From: Octopus vulgaris
Taxonomy: Eukaryota
Direction: 5' to 3'
Length of the DNA stretch: 64,000 bases
Assembly (NCBI GenBank): GCA_951406725.2
Contig: OX597831.1
Coordinates: 16,492,001-16,556,000 of the forward strand
Shown here: piece after piece, positions 35,272-51,149 of the stretch
Layout of the letters: each line of letters opens with the position of its first letter
How positions within the stretch are numbered: the stretch's first letter is position 1
Notes under the pieces: generated by a model
What the model was told of the DNA's origin: nothing
The model's input: the letters and a program-made list of their open reading frames with translations, nothing else
The model's database searches: none
Program-made: the position numbers and the translations under genes

Positions 35272-37382
35272 AACAGAATAGTGAACAGAAAGGATGTAAA
35301 CGTGGATCCTATTGTTGTAAAGATCAACTACTCATCAACAACACAAAATCTTATCAATAGCCTGGATAGACTATAAAGAGGCTTTTGATAGCCTACCACA
35401 TAGCTGGATTAAGAAATGCCTAGAAATGTATAAGATAGCACCTACTCTGCGAAACTTTTTGACTGTAAGTATGAGATCATGGAGAACCACACTAACTTTG
35501 AACAGTGACGATGAATCTCTAAATGCTGGTGAGGAAAAACTTCATATCGCATTTTTCATGGCCACACACTATCACAACACCTTTTTGTTTAGCCTTAATA
35601 CTTCTTTCAAAATTGCTAGATGACGCACAATACGGATATAAAATGTTGGATAAAAATAAATATCATCTTATTTACATGGATGATTTGAAGCTCTTTGCAA
35701 AAAATGTCCAACATCTCAAGGGCTTACTAATGTTTGTTAAACAATTCAGCGATGACATCAGAATAAAATTTGGCCACGAAAAATGTGCAAAAACTACATT
35801 TATCAAAGGGAAAATGACTGAAACATCTAACGTTAAACTTGACCAGTAGAATGTCATAAGAGAATTAGACCCAGCGGAGAGCTACAAGTACCTGGGGGTA
35901 TTTGAAGGGGACGGAATAAGGCATTCAATGATGAAGGAAGGATCAGGAGAGTATGTTATCGCAGAGTAAGAGCAATTATCAAGACAGAGCTGAATGCGAG
36001 AAACGGGATCGAAGCGATCAATGTTTTAGCCATACCAGTCGTGACTTACAGTTTCAATATCGTTAACTGGTCAATTACTGTAATATGTAATCTTGACAGA
36101 AAGATACGAAAGCTGTTGACAATGCATAGAATGCACCACCCTCAGGCAGATATAGAACGACTTTACCTGTCAAGAAAAGAGGGAGGCCGTGGACTTTTAC
36201 AAATGGCAATAACAATGAAAAACTCTGAGATCTGGATGTTAAAACTAGTCTCAAAACATGAAAACAAGAAATCATCATACGTAGTAACAAAACATGTAAA
36301 GAGATATCTAAGCGTATTCTGAATACAACAAATATCGGAATTAGACGCACAGGAAACAAGCAAAAAAAGACTAAGTCCATGATAAACCGGTGCTAAAACT
36401 GCTGCCTCAGATATTCTGAATGATAAATTGCAAGAAAAACCTCTCAATGGCAAATGCCCAAAGAGAGTGAATAATGCCGATGTTGACAAAGCCCTGACCC
36501 AACAATGGTAATGGCCTCTGTTTTAAAACATGAAACAGAAGTGTTTAACATAGCAGCTCAACATCAATGCCTACCTACAAGGAACTACCAGGCCAACATA
36601 TTAAAGAACGGCAGTAGACCAACATGTCGTGTACGTCAACAACAAAATGAAACCATTGATCATGTTGTCTCCAAGTGTAGTCTTCTAGTGCCTACAGAGT
36701 ATCTCAACATGCATGATAGAACTGCACAATATATTCACTGGATAATTTGAAAAATCCTGGACTTGTCCCATGATAAAATCTAGTGGGAACACAAACCACC
36801 TCCACTGATTGCAAATGTCCACATCTCAATCCTCTGGAACTTCACCATTCAAACTGACAGAAATATCCTCGCGAATAGGCCAGACATCATAGTAAAAGAC
36901 TTCAGACAAAAACCTGCCTCCTCATTTATATGACTGTCCCAGTCGATATAAATGTATCTGTCAAGACCTAAAAGAAACTGAGCAAATATAAAGATCTGGA
37001 AATAGAAATCATCAAAATGTGGAACCTGAAGACTTAAACAATACCTGTTGTTATAGCTACCCTGGGAATGACAGCAAAAGAGGCTGATTGCCACCTAACT
37101 CATATACCAGGAATCCCCAAAATGGCAGAAATTCAAAAGATAGTGCTCATGGGAACAGCTGATACCCTACGCAAAATACTTTCTATGAAATCTCAAGTTT
37201 TAAAACAAACATAATTTTCGTATTAATTTTTAGGCATTCACTAGTACAACACTAAGTACAAAGCTAAATATATGGCACCCTAGTCATAACAGCAACATTA
37301 ACTTCCAACTTGTTGCCTCTTGAGGTCTCTGGGTGAGACTTGTAGCCAGCTTGTGCTAATGTAAATCAAAAGTCAAACATAG
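35272..37382 (+). mobile_element. Dong/R4 LINE family 1, copy C
   Basis: Same RT, zinc-knuckle and RLE motifs as copy A (NRPDIIVKD retained); flanked by (AAT)n on both sides. Confidence 0.9.
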
Positions 37383-37428
37383 AATAATAATAATAATGAT
37401 AAATAATAATAATAATAATAATAACAAC

Positions 37429-37475
<47 letters not shown>

Positions 37476-37696
37476 CAATAATAATAATAATAATAATAGT
37501 AAAAACAAATAATAATAATAATAATAATATAAGAAGAAGGAGGTGTAGTAGAAGAAGAAGAAAATAGAAGAAGAAGAAGTAGAAGAAAAGAGAAAGAAGA
37601 AGAAGTTAAAAAAAGAAGAAAAAGAAGAAGAAAAATAATTAAATAAAAAAAGAATAAAAATAAGAATAATAATAATAAGAAGAATAAGAATAAGGA

Positions 37697-37738
<42 letters not shown>

Positions 37739-37741
37739 AAC

Positions 37742-37807
<66 letters not shown>

Positions 37808-38090
37808 CAACAACAAGAAGAAGAAGAAGGAGAATAAGAAGAAGAAGATGAAGAAGAAGAAGAAGAAGAAGAAGAAGAAGAAGAAGAAGAAGAAGAAGAA
37901 GAAGAAGAAGAAGAAGAAGAAGAAGAAGAAGAAAAGAAGATGAAAACGAAGAGGCAATAGTCTTTCTGAAATAATAAGGAATGTACAGAACTAGTGTGTC
38001 ATCAGTAGTATTCGTAAATTTTGGTTTAGTATGAAATGAAAAAAAAAACAAAATAAGACCTAAATGCAGGTTCGTTGATGTAATCTTTAT

Positions 38091-39404
38091 TTATATATAT
38101 CTCATTAAGTAACTTGTAACTGCAATAGAGAAGAGAAGCTCCATCATATCCTGTAAAGAAAAAATAATTACAGACGTTAATGAAACAAATTCTTCGGTGA
38201 AAGTTTTGCTGAAATTACATTAGATAATTTGAAGAGTATGTGTCAAGATTTACCATTCTTGTTACAGTTATAATTGATTGTGCATTACACTAATCTCGTT
38301 ATTTATTTTATAAAGATATTATTGTCGGACTAACATCCTCACTCGGTAAAGGCGGACATATTGCTTTCGGCATTTTGTCTGCAATTACCATTTGAATTCT
38401 AATTCCACAGTGGTCGTCTTTGTATTCCATCCCACTGGTGTCGATGAAATAAATTCCAATTGATCACTGGGGGCCGAGGTAATCCATATACTTCTCTTGC
38501 GAATTTGCCCGTGTATCAAAATTTGAACTCAAGTAATTTAATGAACTTCCGTATTTAAATGCTGTCACAATTATATAATGATATTTTACTATTACAATAA
38601 TAACTGTACATTATTTACGTTATTTATAATTGACGGATATTTGTCTTCATCTTCTCTGTTGTTAACACAACGTTTCGGGTGATGTACCCTCCAGCCTTCT
38701 TCAGGTGTCTTGGGTACATTTTAAACCCCGTGTTCTCATTCCTAAGGTATTTTTCGATGTTATTATTAACATCTTGTTTGTGAACAAAAAACAAGATGAC
38801 GACGAATATCCGTCGAATTGTAAATAATGTATATACTGTACATAATTCCTCATCTCATTAATATAGAACTGAATTATGACTGTGTTGTGTATTACTATAT
38901 TATAACGTAATTCCTGCACTTGTGCGAAATTGAAAATAATCAGTTGGTACATAACATTTAGAAAGTGCTTTACTGTGTATATTCCAATAATAATTATTCA
39001 TTCATATTTATTTGTCCCTGAAGATAGCTGTAGTATTCGTTAAGTGGATATATTGTAAAAGGTACTTCACGGTATTACAAACGTCTATAGTTACTCGAAT
39101 TCTACTTAAATATATTTTTCTCGAATTCTACATAAATATCGCAAAACTTGTTAATGTAGTATTTCGTTATTCGTAGTGACGATGATTTCCGGTGTTATTG
39201 GGTATTTAATTATTTATAATACAATGTTATTAGGAAGATATTATTCAATGTCGGCGATGTAAGATGATATAATGTACAGATTCTACGCACCTTTTTCTGG
39301 ACAGTTCCAACACCACCATGCTGAAAGCAAGTGATGTAAGTGTAAATATATACATATGAATATAAATATATATTATATATATGTGTATGTATAGATATAA
39401 ATAA

Positions 39405-39468
<64 letters not shown>

Positions 39469-39478
39469 ATATAAATAA

Positions 39479-39547
<69 letters not shown>

Positions 39548-41538
39548 ATTGATATATATATACGTGCACATTAGACATAAAAGCATGACAATCTTTTCTA
39601 TATCTCTGTAAAAAACTTAAAATATATTCTTATTATGGCCAATTCTGGTAGAAAAAGCGACCATGCTTTTCATACATAAGACAAACCCGGTAATTTAAGA
39701 AAAGTGGAACTCCTTCTTCACATTTTATGTGTATTTTACTCTTTGTTTAATATTGTTGATTTTGCTAAGTCTTCAGATAAAATAACTATTTTCATCAAAT
39801 GTTATTATATATCCGCACATATATTTCTACATAGAATTATCTGTATAAAAAACGTCTACTGGTCCTCTGTCCATGAATTAGACTCAAAGTGACCGAATGC
39901 AAGTATTCGAAGAACAGTGAAAAATGCAGCTACATTAAAGGCCGTAGTACATAAAACTTTTATTTATTATAAGTTTCTTTCCCAACGGAGGATGCTTTAG
40001 AACCAAAAATAGTATTTATTATTAAATGTTATATGCGAATTACTTAAAATTATATCAAAAATAATACTCGAATTTGGACATGCCCTTAAAAGAAAGGGCC
40101 GGCGTAGGATCTTGAATTACGTCGACAGACTTGTGGACGTATTTCTGTTTCAACAGCCATCGCAAAAATCAAGTAATACGCTGCCGGTGCATAGATATCT
40201 CTTAAGTCGCATCATTCGCTGGATTGCATCATGTAATAAGAATCGTATTTCAAGTGACAAGCATTATAAACCAATTCCAAAGTCGACTTGACGAGATACG
40301 AAATTAAATTAGGAAATCTCAGACGTTCCATAAATATCGTTCCTTCTGTTCCTCCCTATGTTTACCATAGAAAGAGTTGGGTTTTATACAATAATTTAGG
40401 CATAAGTTTTCTATTACAGTATCAGATACAAATAAAAGTCTGCACGAGTAGCAAACGATAAAATGTGTCATCAAAATGAAATAGGACAAAATACTGAATT
40501 ACAAAATATTACTTTATACATCAAATTATAATGAATGAATGTAGCTTACATGACACGCTTTGCGAATGTATTCATCATAAAATTTGGCACAATCGTGACT
40601 TGTGTTATAAAAACACTTTGAATCATTCTTAAGTATGCTGCAAAATAATCAGAAATCAGGAATTATATCAGGAATTGAAGATGACGGCTGTAATAAGATT
40701 TTGAACACATTACATGAGTGAACACTGCGTGTCACAGCTGGCAAGTTCACAGAATGCATTCGGGATCTGAACACAATTTGGAGGGTCACTAAAGAAAAGT
40801 GCTGGATTACACTGGGCGAAAACGATGCAGAAACATGTTAAAAGATTCTGTCTTAACGATTATCTGTTTCATTCTTTCACACGATTCGATATAAAACAAT
40901 TTCACCGAGAACCGCTTGATGAGATATGTTAATCATACCAACGGCATCATCTACAACCACTGGGTTTCATTTGGGGCTGATGTTCACGAAAGAGTAATCT
41001 GCACAGGTTTTATGTGTGTTCAGTGTGAGTCTTCTATGTTAGAGGCCAAAATATTTTCATCAGATTAATCCACCAATCCAGATATTTGAAGTCGTAACAA
41101 ACTTCGTATCAGACGTGGGCATGAAAACTGTACGTCGCCCTATTTGCAAATTAGATCCTGCACCCTATGACATTCAGTTTTTCCCAACATTGTGAATGAA
41201 CAAGAGAAGTCGTTTGATGTATTTTAAATTGTAAAGGACACATAAAAAGGATCGTGATCACAGTCAATTTCGAGGGCACCCGTGGTTCATTCACGCAGAG
41301 GCTGGAACGCAGAGGTTGGAACGATGCAATTGGTGCAATGATGACTGACGAACCCAATTTGGACGTTATTAAGAAACTTTAGAACTTCATTGAAATGAAT
41401 GCATGTTTTTTCTGCAATAAACCTTGTAAATGATATCTGTGTTTCAATACATTTCAAAGATCTTGGATTAAATATACTTTATTTCAAAATGGCGAAATTA
41501 GAATTAGTTTGGTCGTTTTAGCATACACACTACACATC

Positions 41539-41576
<38 letters not shown>

Positions 41577-42438
41577 TATATATATATATATATATATATT
41601 TATTATATAGAAGGAGCTTCTACAGGACTAGAACTGTTTCATTCAAAAGAAATCATCAGGAAGCTAGTAGAGAAGAGTTGTTTTGGCATTTATATATTTA
41701 GGCAGGTTTAAATGGGTGGTGATGGGGGACTTTTTGGGGGGTAGGCATGGCGCAAAACTGTCATTATTAGGGGAGTGGTCAAAGGAATCGGTGGTAAAGT
41801 AGATAACAGAATAAATAAAAGAATAAAAAGAAAAATAGAGTTTTAGGTAAGTAAGGAGACTCTCAATTGTACATCTACATATATATATATATACATATAT
41901 ATACACCCACATATTCACATATATCTATACATATACATACATACCCACATATACATACATATATATATACATACATACACATACATATACATATATATAT
42001 ACATATATATACATATATATACATATACCCATGTACGTACACACAAATACACATATACATACATATATATACATATATGTATACACACTCGCACATATAT
42101 ATATACATACACACATATATACACATGCATATACATGCACACACATACTCATATGCAGACGCGCGCGTTATATTCATACACGCATACATCTACATACATT
42201 CACGTATATTCACATACGTACACGTACCTACTGATTCATATCTACACGCATACACATACATACCTCAATACACCCACAGAAGACTAATCCATACATATAC
42301 ACTAATTAATATATATACACATATACATATACACATACATACACATACATACATATGTATACACATATACATATATATATATACATATATATACATATAC
42401 ATATACATACACATATACATTCATACATATATACACAT

Positions 42439-42487
<49 letters not shown>

Positions 42488-42659
42488 TACACATACACAC
42501 ACACACACGCATCTATATATACACATAAGTACATACATGCATAAATGTATACATATGTCGATACATATGCATACACATCCACACACACACGCACCTCCTT
42601 ATGTTCATAAATACATACATGCATACAGGCATATACATATATACATAAATGCATACTCA

Positions 42660-42691
<32 letters not shown>

Positions 42692-44862
42692 TTGGGTTGT
42701 TAGGTTTTTGTGGGTGGGGTGTCGTCAATCTGGTTGCCGGGTGGGTCTATAGTTCTTGTAGTTTGCATAAATTTTATGCATGCAATTTGGGGAGTGTTCT
42801 GAGATCTTGATGAGGAGATGGCCTTTGGCGAACAAGATCTCTAGGCTCTCGGAAATGCAAAGGTCACAGCAGGTATGGCCTCCTGTGTACGAACGCGCCT
42901 TCTGTAGTAGTCTCCACTTGGTCTTGAAGGGGATGGAGTTCCTTTTAAGGTACCAGATGTGGGCGGCGAGGGTAGTTTGGTTGGATTTATCATGTCGCCG
43001 GAACGATTGTGTGTGGGCGTACCAGCGGGTCTTAAAGCTGCTTTACGTCATTCCGATGTACGAATTTCTTTTATCATCGGGGCCTGATCGTAACTCGCAT
43101 GTATAGACGAGGTCCCTCTGTAGGCAGTTGTTGTTGAGGGGGCAGGTGGTTTTATCAGGGCAGTTACAATTGCTATCGGATGTTGGATGGGCCTCGGAAA
43201 GAGTAGATATATTAAGTTTTTTCACGTTGTTGTTGGCTAGGTTCCTGGCTAGATTGGGCGTGGTAGAGTAGGAGAGTCTAATGGTGTTCTTATTTAGGAT
43301 AGTATAGTACTTATGTTGGGTGGGGAAGTGTTTCTGTAGGAGAGTGAAGAAGATTTTAGCTACAGGTGTAGCGACCTCACGGTTGAAGGGGGGGTTGTAC
43401 CAGCTAATGTGTCTTCGCCTATTTTTCCTGGGTTGGCGTGGGGCTATACTAGTATAGGTGATCTTATTTTTAAAGCCTCTGCGGGCCAGGGACTCGTTGT
43501 AATAGGGGGCTGCGGCAGTAAAGATATGTTCAGTAGAGGACAGGCTAGATATTCTAATTGAGACACTTTTTACTAGGTTGTCTAATATATTTTTGGGGTG
43601 GTTGGAATTAATGTCTATATATCTAAGGGATTCATTTGGTTTGTGGTACCGGTAATAAAGTGAGGTTTTTAAGTCGAGGGTAACGTCTAGGAAGTTAGCT
43701 TTGGTTAAGTTGGATTAAGAAGGAGGCGCGTGTGTGTGTGGATGTGTATGCATATGTATAGACATATGTATACATTTATGCATGTATGTACTTATGTGTA
43801 TATATAGATGCGTGTGTGTGTGTGTATGTGTACGCATATATATATATATATATATATGTATGTGTATATATGTATGAATGTATATGTGTATGTATATATA
43901 TGTATATATATATGTATATGTGTATGTATATGTATGTATGTGTATGTATGTGTATATGTATATGTGTATATATATTAATTAGTGTATATGTATGGACTAG
44001 TCTTCTGTGGGTGTATTGAGGTATGTATGTGTATGCGTGTAGATATGAATCAGTAGGTACGTGTACGTATGTGAATATACGTGAATGTATGTAGATGTAT
44101 GCGTGTATGAATATAACACGTGCGTCTGCGTATGAGTATGTGTGTACGTGTGAATGTGTGGGCGTGAGTGAGTGCTTGCGTTCGTATCAGTGAGTAGATA
44201 GATAAACGGAATCTTTAGATCATTCCTTGAGACCGGCTGACCGCGGTCAAGATAAAAATAAAGATATAAACAAAAGTAGTTATAATAAAATTAAAATAAG
44301 AGAATAAAAATGCGTGTGTATGTGTGTGCATGTATATGCATGTGTATATATGTGTGTATGTATATATATATGTGCGAGTGTGTATACATATATGTATATA
44401 TATGTATATGTATGTGTATGTATGTATATATATATATGTATGTATATGTGGGTATGTATGTATATGTATAGATATATGTGAATATGTGGGTGTATATATA
44501 TGTATATATATATATGTAGATGTACAAGTGATAGTCTCCTTACTTACCTAAAACTCTATTTTCCTTTTTATTCTTTTATTTATTCTTTTATCTACTTTAC
44601 CACCGATTCCTTTGACCACTCCCCTAATAATGACAGTGTTGCGCCATGCCTACCCGCAAAAATGTCCCCCATCACCAGCCATTTAAACCTGCCTAAATGT
44701 ATAAACGCCAAAACAACTCTTGTCTACTAGCTTCCTGATGATTTCTTTTGAATGAAACAGTTCTAGTCCTGTAGAAACTCCTTCTATATAATAAATTAAT
44801 TTACTCTGCTATGTATTGAGTACCTTATTTACTGTGGTTAACCCCGACTCAACCCGGGACCT

Positions 44863-44940
<78 letters not shown>

Positions 44941-45626
44941 AGAGTTTACGAGAGATGATGAAAAGAGAGTAGGGGTGAAGAGAAATAGAAGTGCAGAGAA
45001 GTAGGAGTAGAGGCAAGAGAGGAGAGTTGGGTGGGAGGAAGTAGAAGGGAGGGGGGAGGAGTATATATATATATACATACAGACACACAAACTCACACAC
45101 ACACATATATATATATAATGAGAGAGAGAGATAGGGTTATGAGAGGTAATGTATCAATTATACTGGAAGGTGTCAGGTAATGCTGAGTAAGTGCTATGGA
45201 TAGACAACAGTTAAGCTCCAGATTCGGTGATTATGGGAAGAAAGAGTACAACGTAGGTCATATATCAGCATGTGTATATTTTAATAGTTTTTTCAGAATG
45301 AGATAAAAACCAATGCTGTGAAGATTTTAGAACATTATATTTATTATATCCGTTCATCGGAGACGGTGGTTAAGCAATAGTTAATTTAGATAAGATACGA
45401 AATAGAGAGTGAAATAGTGGAATGAAGTAGATGTGAGATATGCAGGGATATTGAAATTATAGATCCATTATCTAGGTATGCAATATCCTTACGTATCTCA
45501 CATCTATTTTCATTCCTCTATTTCACTCTCTGTTTCGTGTCTTATCTAAAGTAACTAATGCTTAACCATTTTCTCACACCGTCTCCTATGAAGGGATATA
45601 ATAAATATCCTGAAAACAGATATGTA

Positions 45627-45696
<70 letters not shown>

Positions 45697-48600
45697 GTGT
45701 GTGTGTGAATTTTTGTATGTGTGTGTGTGTTTCTTTACGAACACACACGCACACGTTGCTACGTAATTTTTCTCGTTATTATATAACTTATACTTAGTTT
45801 ATTATCATTATTCCATACGTCAGAACTGAAACATGATCTTATTATTGTTAAAATTCAATGTATTTTTAAAAATTGCAATGCTATATATGTACAAAGACAT
45901 TTAACGTAAAGATGTTTGGCGAAAATGCTATGGGTTTGTAAAAATTGAAATGCAAATTTATTAAAAAGTAACTTAATGTAATCGGACTTTAGGTCGCAGA
46001 ACACTCACTAAAGTAGCACCTAAATATGTATATATAAGCATACATGTGCACGAAGATATATATGTCTTTGTGTTTGTGTGTGTGTGTCTGTGTATTTGCT
46101 TGTGAGACAGTGACAGAGAGATTCGAGCAGATTCGACAGATACATAATGACAGGAGAAAGAGATAGACTTAATTAGCATTAATATTTAGTATTATAAATA
46201 CTTAGCATAATATTAAATGTAGTCGTGCGAATATATCTACCGGCAAAGAAAATTTTTTTGAGGATACGCATTGAATGTCCAGTGGGGGTAATTGCATGCT
46301 TTTTCAAACTGTTGAGGGCATGACTCTTTCGTCTCCACACCTAATTTAAAAAGACAAAAGAAAAAAAATATACTTAAAGCAGTATTTAAAAATTATGCCA
46401 GTAAATATTAGAATACGTTCTTAAGTAGAATATTCACGTCATGCTCAATTAAAATAATTGAAATATCTTTGACTTTTGCCTATAAATGTCAACTTTAAAT
46501 GTGTTTTACTACGATATCTGCAAATGAAGAAACAGTCACTCGCATAATTTCAATTATAGATTTGCCTACGCCTTTATATTCTAAATGCTTTTGCATGAAT
46601 ATTTTGATACCGAATTTTATGTTGCAAATACTTCACGGACTAAAATGGAAATTAATTTATTATCAAACATTGTTGCACCTCAGTAATTAAAATATATTTT
46701 ATCATAACTTAAAAATTAAAGAGACGTGAAACAATTAGTTTCTGACATTGGATCAGAGTTGATGAATTTATAAATAATCCTTTCTTCTACAGCCAAAAAG
46801 CCTGAAATTTGCCATGATGGAAATAGTCGATTATACCGACCCCAGTGGCAGAATCGTTAGCACGACGGGCGAAATGCTTAGCAGTATTTCGTCTGTCGCT
46901 ATGTTCTGAGTTCAAATTCCGCGGAGGTCGACTTTGTCTTTCATCCTTTCGGGGTCGATTAAATAAGTACTTGTTACGCACTCGGGTCGATATAATCGAA
47001 TTAATCCGTTTGTTTGTCATTGTTTGTCCTCTCTGTATTTAGCCCCATGTGGGTAGAAAAGAAATAGGTATTTAATATATCATGCCAAACGAATGAAAAG
47101 AATTTTCGACCGCGGCAGAATTTGAACTCAGAAAAAGACCCGGGCTAAAAGTTGCTGCACATGTTGCCCGGCGTGCTTACGATACTGTGAGCACGCCGCC
47201 TTCATGCAGCTATAAATAATGGCAAAGGAATTGTTTGGTGGAACTTTCCCATTCGATAGACAAGTTTGAAAGATTCCCGAGCAGCTTCCTTGTTTTCCTT
47301 CTTTCTTTTTCTTTAATGCAATCAAATTTCTTTTTCTTTCATCCAATGTTCACATCCCTCTATTTACAGGTCCATTACATTAAGTCCCGCTGCGTGAAAC
47401 ATTTTTTTCTCAAAGTAAAATATCGTGATGCATGCCCCTAACTCTCACTTATTTCTTTGTAAATCATGATGGAAGTTGTGTTTTATTTTGTAAGGCTATA
47501 TTTTTTAGAAATCAGAAATGAAAACACAGAATTGACGGATAGTTATTGTTATTGCTAAGCAGAGTGAATAATTTTCTATTGTTTTCGTAATATTTGTGTC
47601 GTATTATACAGTATATCTATAGCATATAACCACTGATATAAACAGCAAACGGTAAATTCTGCGTTAAATGTGAGAGGTTTTGTACAGAGAACTTAAACAT
47701 GGTTTGATAAGCGTGTGGAGACGAGGCAATGGGTCGTATGCAATGTTTCGTGTTGCGGGGACGTTCGAAAATGCATAGCAACGCCACAGTGAAATCAAGA
47801 GCATGTTCCTCACTTTTTCCCTTTAACTGCTCTATTGTGCAACGGGAATACGTCCACCAGAACCGAACCATCGATCGAGAGTTCTGCAGCGATGTTTTCG
47901 GGTGTTTGATGTAGAACATTCGGTGAAAAAGACAGGATCTGTTGTGTCCCAATAATTGGAATCCTCACTGTGACAATGCACCCTATAACTGAGCATTCCT
48001 TACTAATGCGTTGCCCGCCTAAAACAACGTGGCATCGCTTCCACACTCCAATTCTTATCAGATTTAACATCTGCGATTTCCATCGCTTCTCAAAGATAAA
48101 AAATTGTAGTTCAATAGATGTCATATTCAGGCCGTTGTCCAGGACGAATCGGATAAGACCGTCGACTAGTTTCCGGATAACGACTTCCAGATATGATTCC
48201 AAATGTAGAAGAAACGCTTGGATCGATGTATGATCAAAAGTATTAACTTCTATTAAAGATATCTTGTTCAGGAACTGTTTGTGGATTCAGGGAATTGAAT
48301 CACATTAATTTTATTAAAAATCAAAGAGCAGCAGGGAAGTACGTAACACTGATAAATAAAGAAATTTAATTATATCAAAGTACACAAAATACAAACTCTA
48401 AAGGGTGTCAATAGGAAACAAACAGGTAGAGATACAAAAAAAAAACAGAAGCTATAATTTTAAAAATCTGTTCTTTCCAAACAGTATTATAAGTGCGAAA
48501 ACATCTCAAAATACTAGTGAATGTCAGTCGTCAAAAATGTCTACACAGGACACTGTCATATCCGTCCTGCATTAGAGTCATTATCAAAGCAGATCGTGCA

Positions 48601-48702
48601 ACCTGATGACGTATCGCTTTGGAGGTTTTTAGCACCATTTTTAAATATCTACTTGAACTGTACACACACACACATATATAATATATATATATATATATAT
48701 GT

Positions 48703-48739
<37 letters not shown>

Positions 48740-50675
48740 TGTGTGTGTGTATATATACAGGATGGCATACACATACGCTTCATAATACTAAAATATTCAC
48801 AGGTGCATACACACAGGGATCTTCGGTAATGTCTTCTAATACTCAAACAGATCAAACGGAAACGAAATATGGAGAATTAAATGAAATATATGGATAATGT
48901 ACTCACTCACAGTGATACACATACATTCTCATCTATTCATACATACATACGTATATACACCTCCTACTCACACATACACACACAAATTTGGTTGAAACAC
49001 AGAAGAAGAAGACAGGTGTGTGAACAGCAAGTATTAGCTTGACTCTCGAAAAAAAAGTCAGAAAGTCTTTTACATTTCGACCCTACGCTCTTCAACAGAA
49101 AGGAATAAAAGGCAATAAACAGTGTAAGGGGGAAAAGGAAAAAAACAAATCATATAGATTCATCAGTCCAACTTGGCGAATCATTCGCCATGCCGGACTA
49201 ATGAACACTACAAGTTTTGTTTCACTTTCTCTCTGATTATTTTCTCATATTTCTTCGTGTTGAAAAGATTAATCTCGAAAGGTACAATATTTTGATTTCT
49301 TTCCTCAAACTAATTCACTTGCTCGTTGTTCGTACATCTGTCTCTGTATTTCGTCTTTCTATAAATTCCAACTTTATAACATACGCTCACTTGGTTACGC
49401 CAGTTTGATCCTGACTGAATAAACTACTTATTGGAAGGGTTTATGTTAAACCCTTCCCGAACCTTCAGCACCTGTCCTCATCCTCATACCAGCATTCCGC
49501 CTCGATTACCATTTTATCTACTGCATCTACCTTCAAGGATATTACTGGAGGTTTCAATGATCTTAAATAGCATTTTTATAAATAGACGAAAGTTTGAATG
49601 TCGTACAATGCATTATCTAAGAATAAGATGAAACAAAATATGATTAAAGGTTTAGGCAATTATTAAAAGATACGTATTTGGTAATAGAATGACTTGATAT
49701 AGTCTAATACATTATCTGTTACTGAGGCAACTCTTTTTTAATGTTACCCAGATTAGGGAATTAGCTAAAATGCACGAGCGAATGGTATTAAAGCACTGAA
49801 ATTAATGGTATAATAATAGGTTTATAAATAGAAAAATCACTGAATATTGTGTAAAATGATATCTGTTACGGAGTTGGGCAAAAATATTTCAAACCCAGTA
49901 AGTTCATTATTCAGTTGCTTTGAGCTACTTAATAAAGTGACTTATTGTAAATATAATGATTAAGTATATTTTCAATACGAATATACATAGAGTAACATTA
50001 GAATATAGGAATGCATCCTGTTTAAGAAGTTGGCAGCATGCAATCGATTCATGAGGCTGATTAATAATATTCGAATTCCCATTATTAATATGGAACACCA
50101 TACAAATAGGGAACCAAAGCCAACTCCCGCATCTCCCATCATATAGCAGCGCATAACTTATAATAAACAACACAATTTTAAATTCAATACAATTTTTCAG
50201 TGAGTGAAAATAAAAGTTTAGCGAGAACGCTATAATTATTGGAATGAGGTGCGTTGATAGGTCGATGGTTTGTAGTATAGATAGCGCAATGCGTTTACTT
50301 AGAACTTAGAAAACTAAATGAACCAGTATTAGATGCATCATCTGTTGCTGGAGTTTACTAATGTGTATGTCCGTGCGTGTGCATGTTTGCGTGCGTGCTT
50401 ATATAGGCAGACTTGTTCAGACTACCTCATGATGTTTAGAGTCGTTAAAATGTTGCAAGTACTTAATTCTTTTTCACAACGTGGCACTCATTTAATGGAT
50501 TTACTGGGCCACGTTTCGCCGGAACGCTAATTTATGCGGACATAAAACAAGCTAAGCTCTTCAAGCGGCTGCGGATGATATACATAGGAACAGATTCTTC
50601 CATACTATCGTGCGCACACACACATTTACACACATATCCATATATACTTACACATATATATATTTATATATGTAT

Positions 50676-50761
<86 letters not shown>

Positions 50762-50762
50762 T

Positions 50763-50803
<41 letters not shown>

Positions 50804-50804
50804 A

Positions 50805-50835
<31 letters not shown>

Positions 50836-50889
50836 CCTAAAAATATGTATATATATATATAAATATATATATATATAAGTTATTCTAAG

Positions 50890-50936
<47 letters not shown>

Positions 50937-51149
50937 CATAATTGATGTATGATTACACTCTTTAAAATACATATGTATATATATTTCAATAAATGTTTGT
51001 TTGAGCGTGTTTATATGAGGACAATGTTAGGAAGGATAGAGAGAAGGGGATAAAGAGAAACGTTGTTAGATGTTTGATTTCTTGTGAAAGACATTGTAAT
51101 TCATATTCTTACCACAAATGAGAAACGCAATGAAGATGTAGAGTTTCAT
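38091..51149 (-). CDS. Paralog C of the six-cysteine small protein (multi-exon)
   Basis: Exons 51149-51113, 46340-46241, 40637-40550, 38289-38254, 38150-38091; open frame: [106 protein letters not shown]. Intron 2 carries a Penelope-like insertion. Confidence 0.85.
41615..41665 (-). ncRNA. Type I hammerhead ribozyme motif in the Penelope pseudo-LTR
   Basis: AGCUUC-CUGAUGA-UUUC(UUUU)GAAU-GAAA-CAG(UUCUAGUC)CUG-UA-GAAGCU: 6-bp stem I, core, stem II with a U-U closing mismatch, stem III, GUA cleavage triplet. Confidence 0.75.
44729..44779 (+). ncRNA. Second copy of the hammerhead motif in the inverted pseudo-LTR
   Basis: Same motif on +, with one stem I mismatch (GAAACT). Confidence 0.65.

Larger units (their letters stand above)
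41599..44865 (-). mobile_element. Penelope-like retroelement, 5'-truncated, with inverted pseudo-LTRs and tail, inserted in a (TA)n tract of paralog C intron 2
   Basis: Minus-strand 43716-42740 encodes [67 protein letters not shown] (GIY-YIG). Arms ~41599-42602 and ~43717-44794 are reverse complements. The empty site is visible in copy A at ~5215-5250. Confidence 0.9.
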
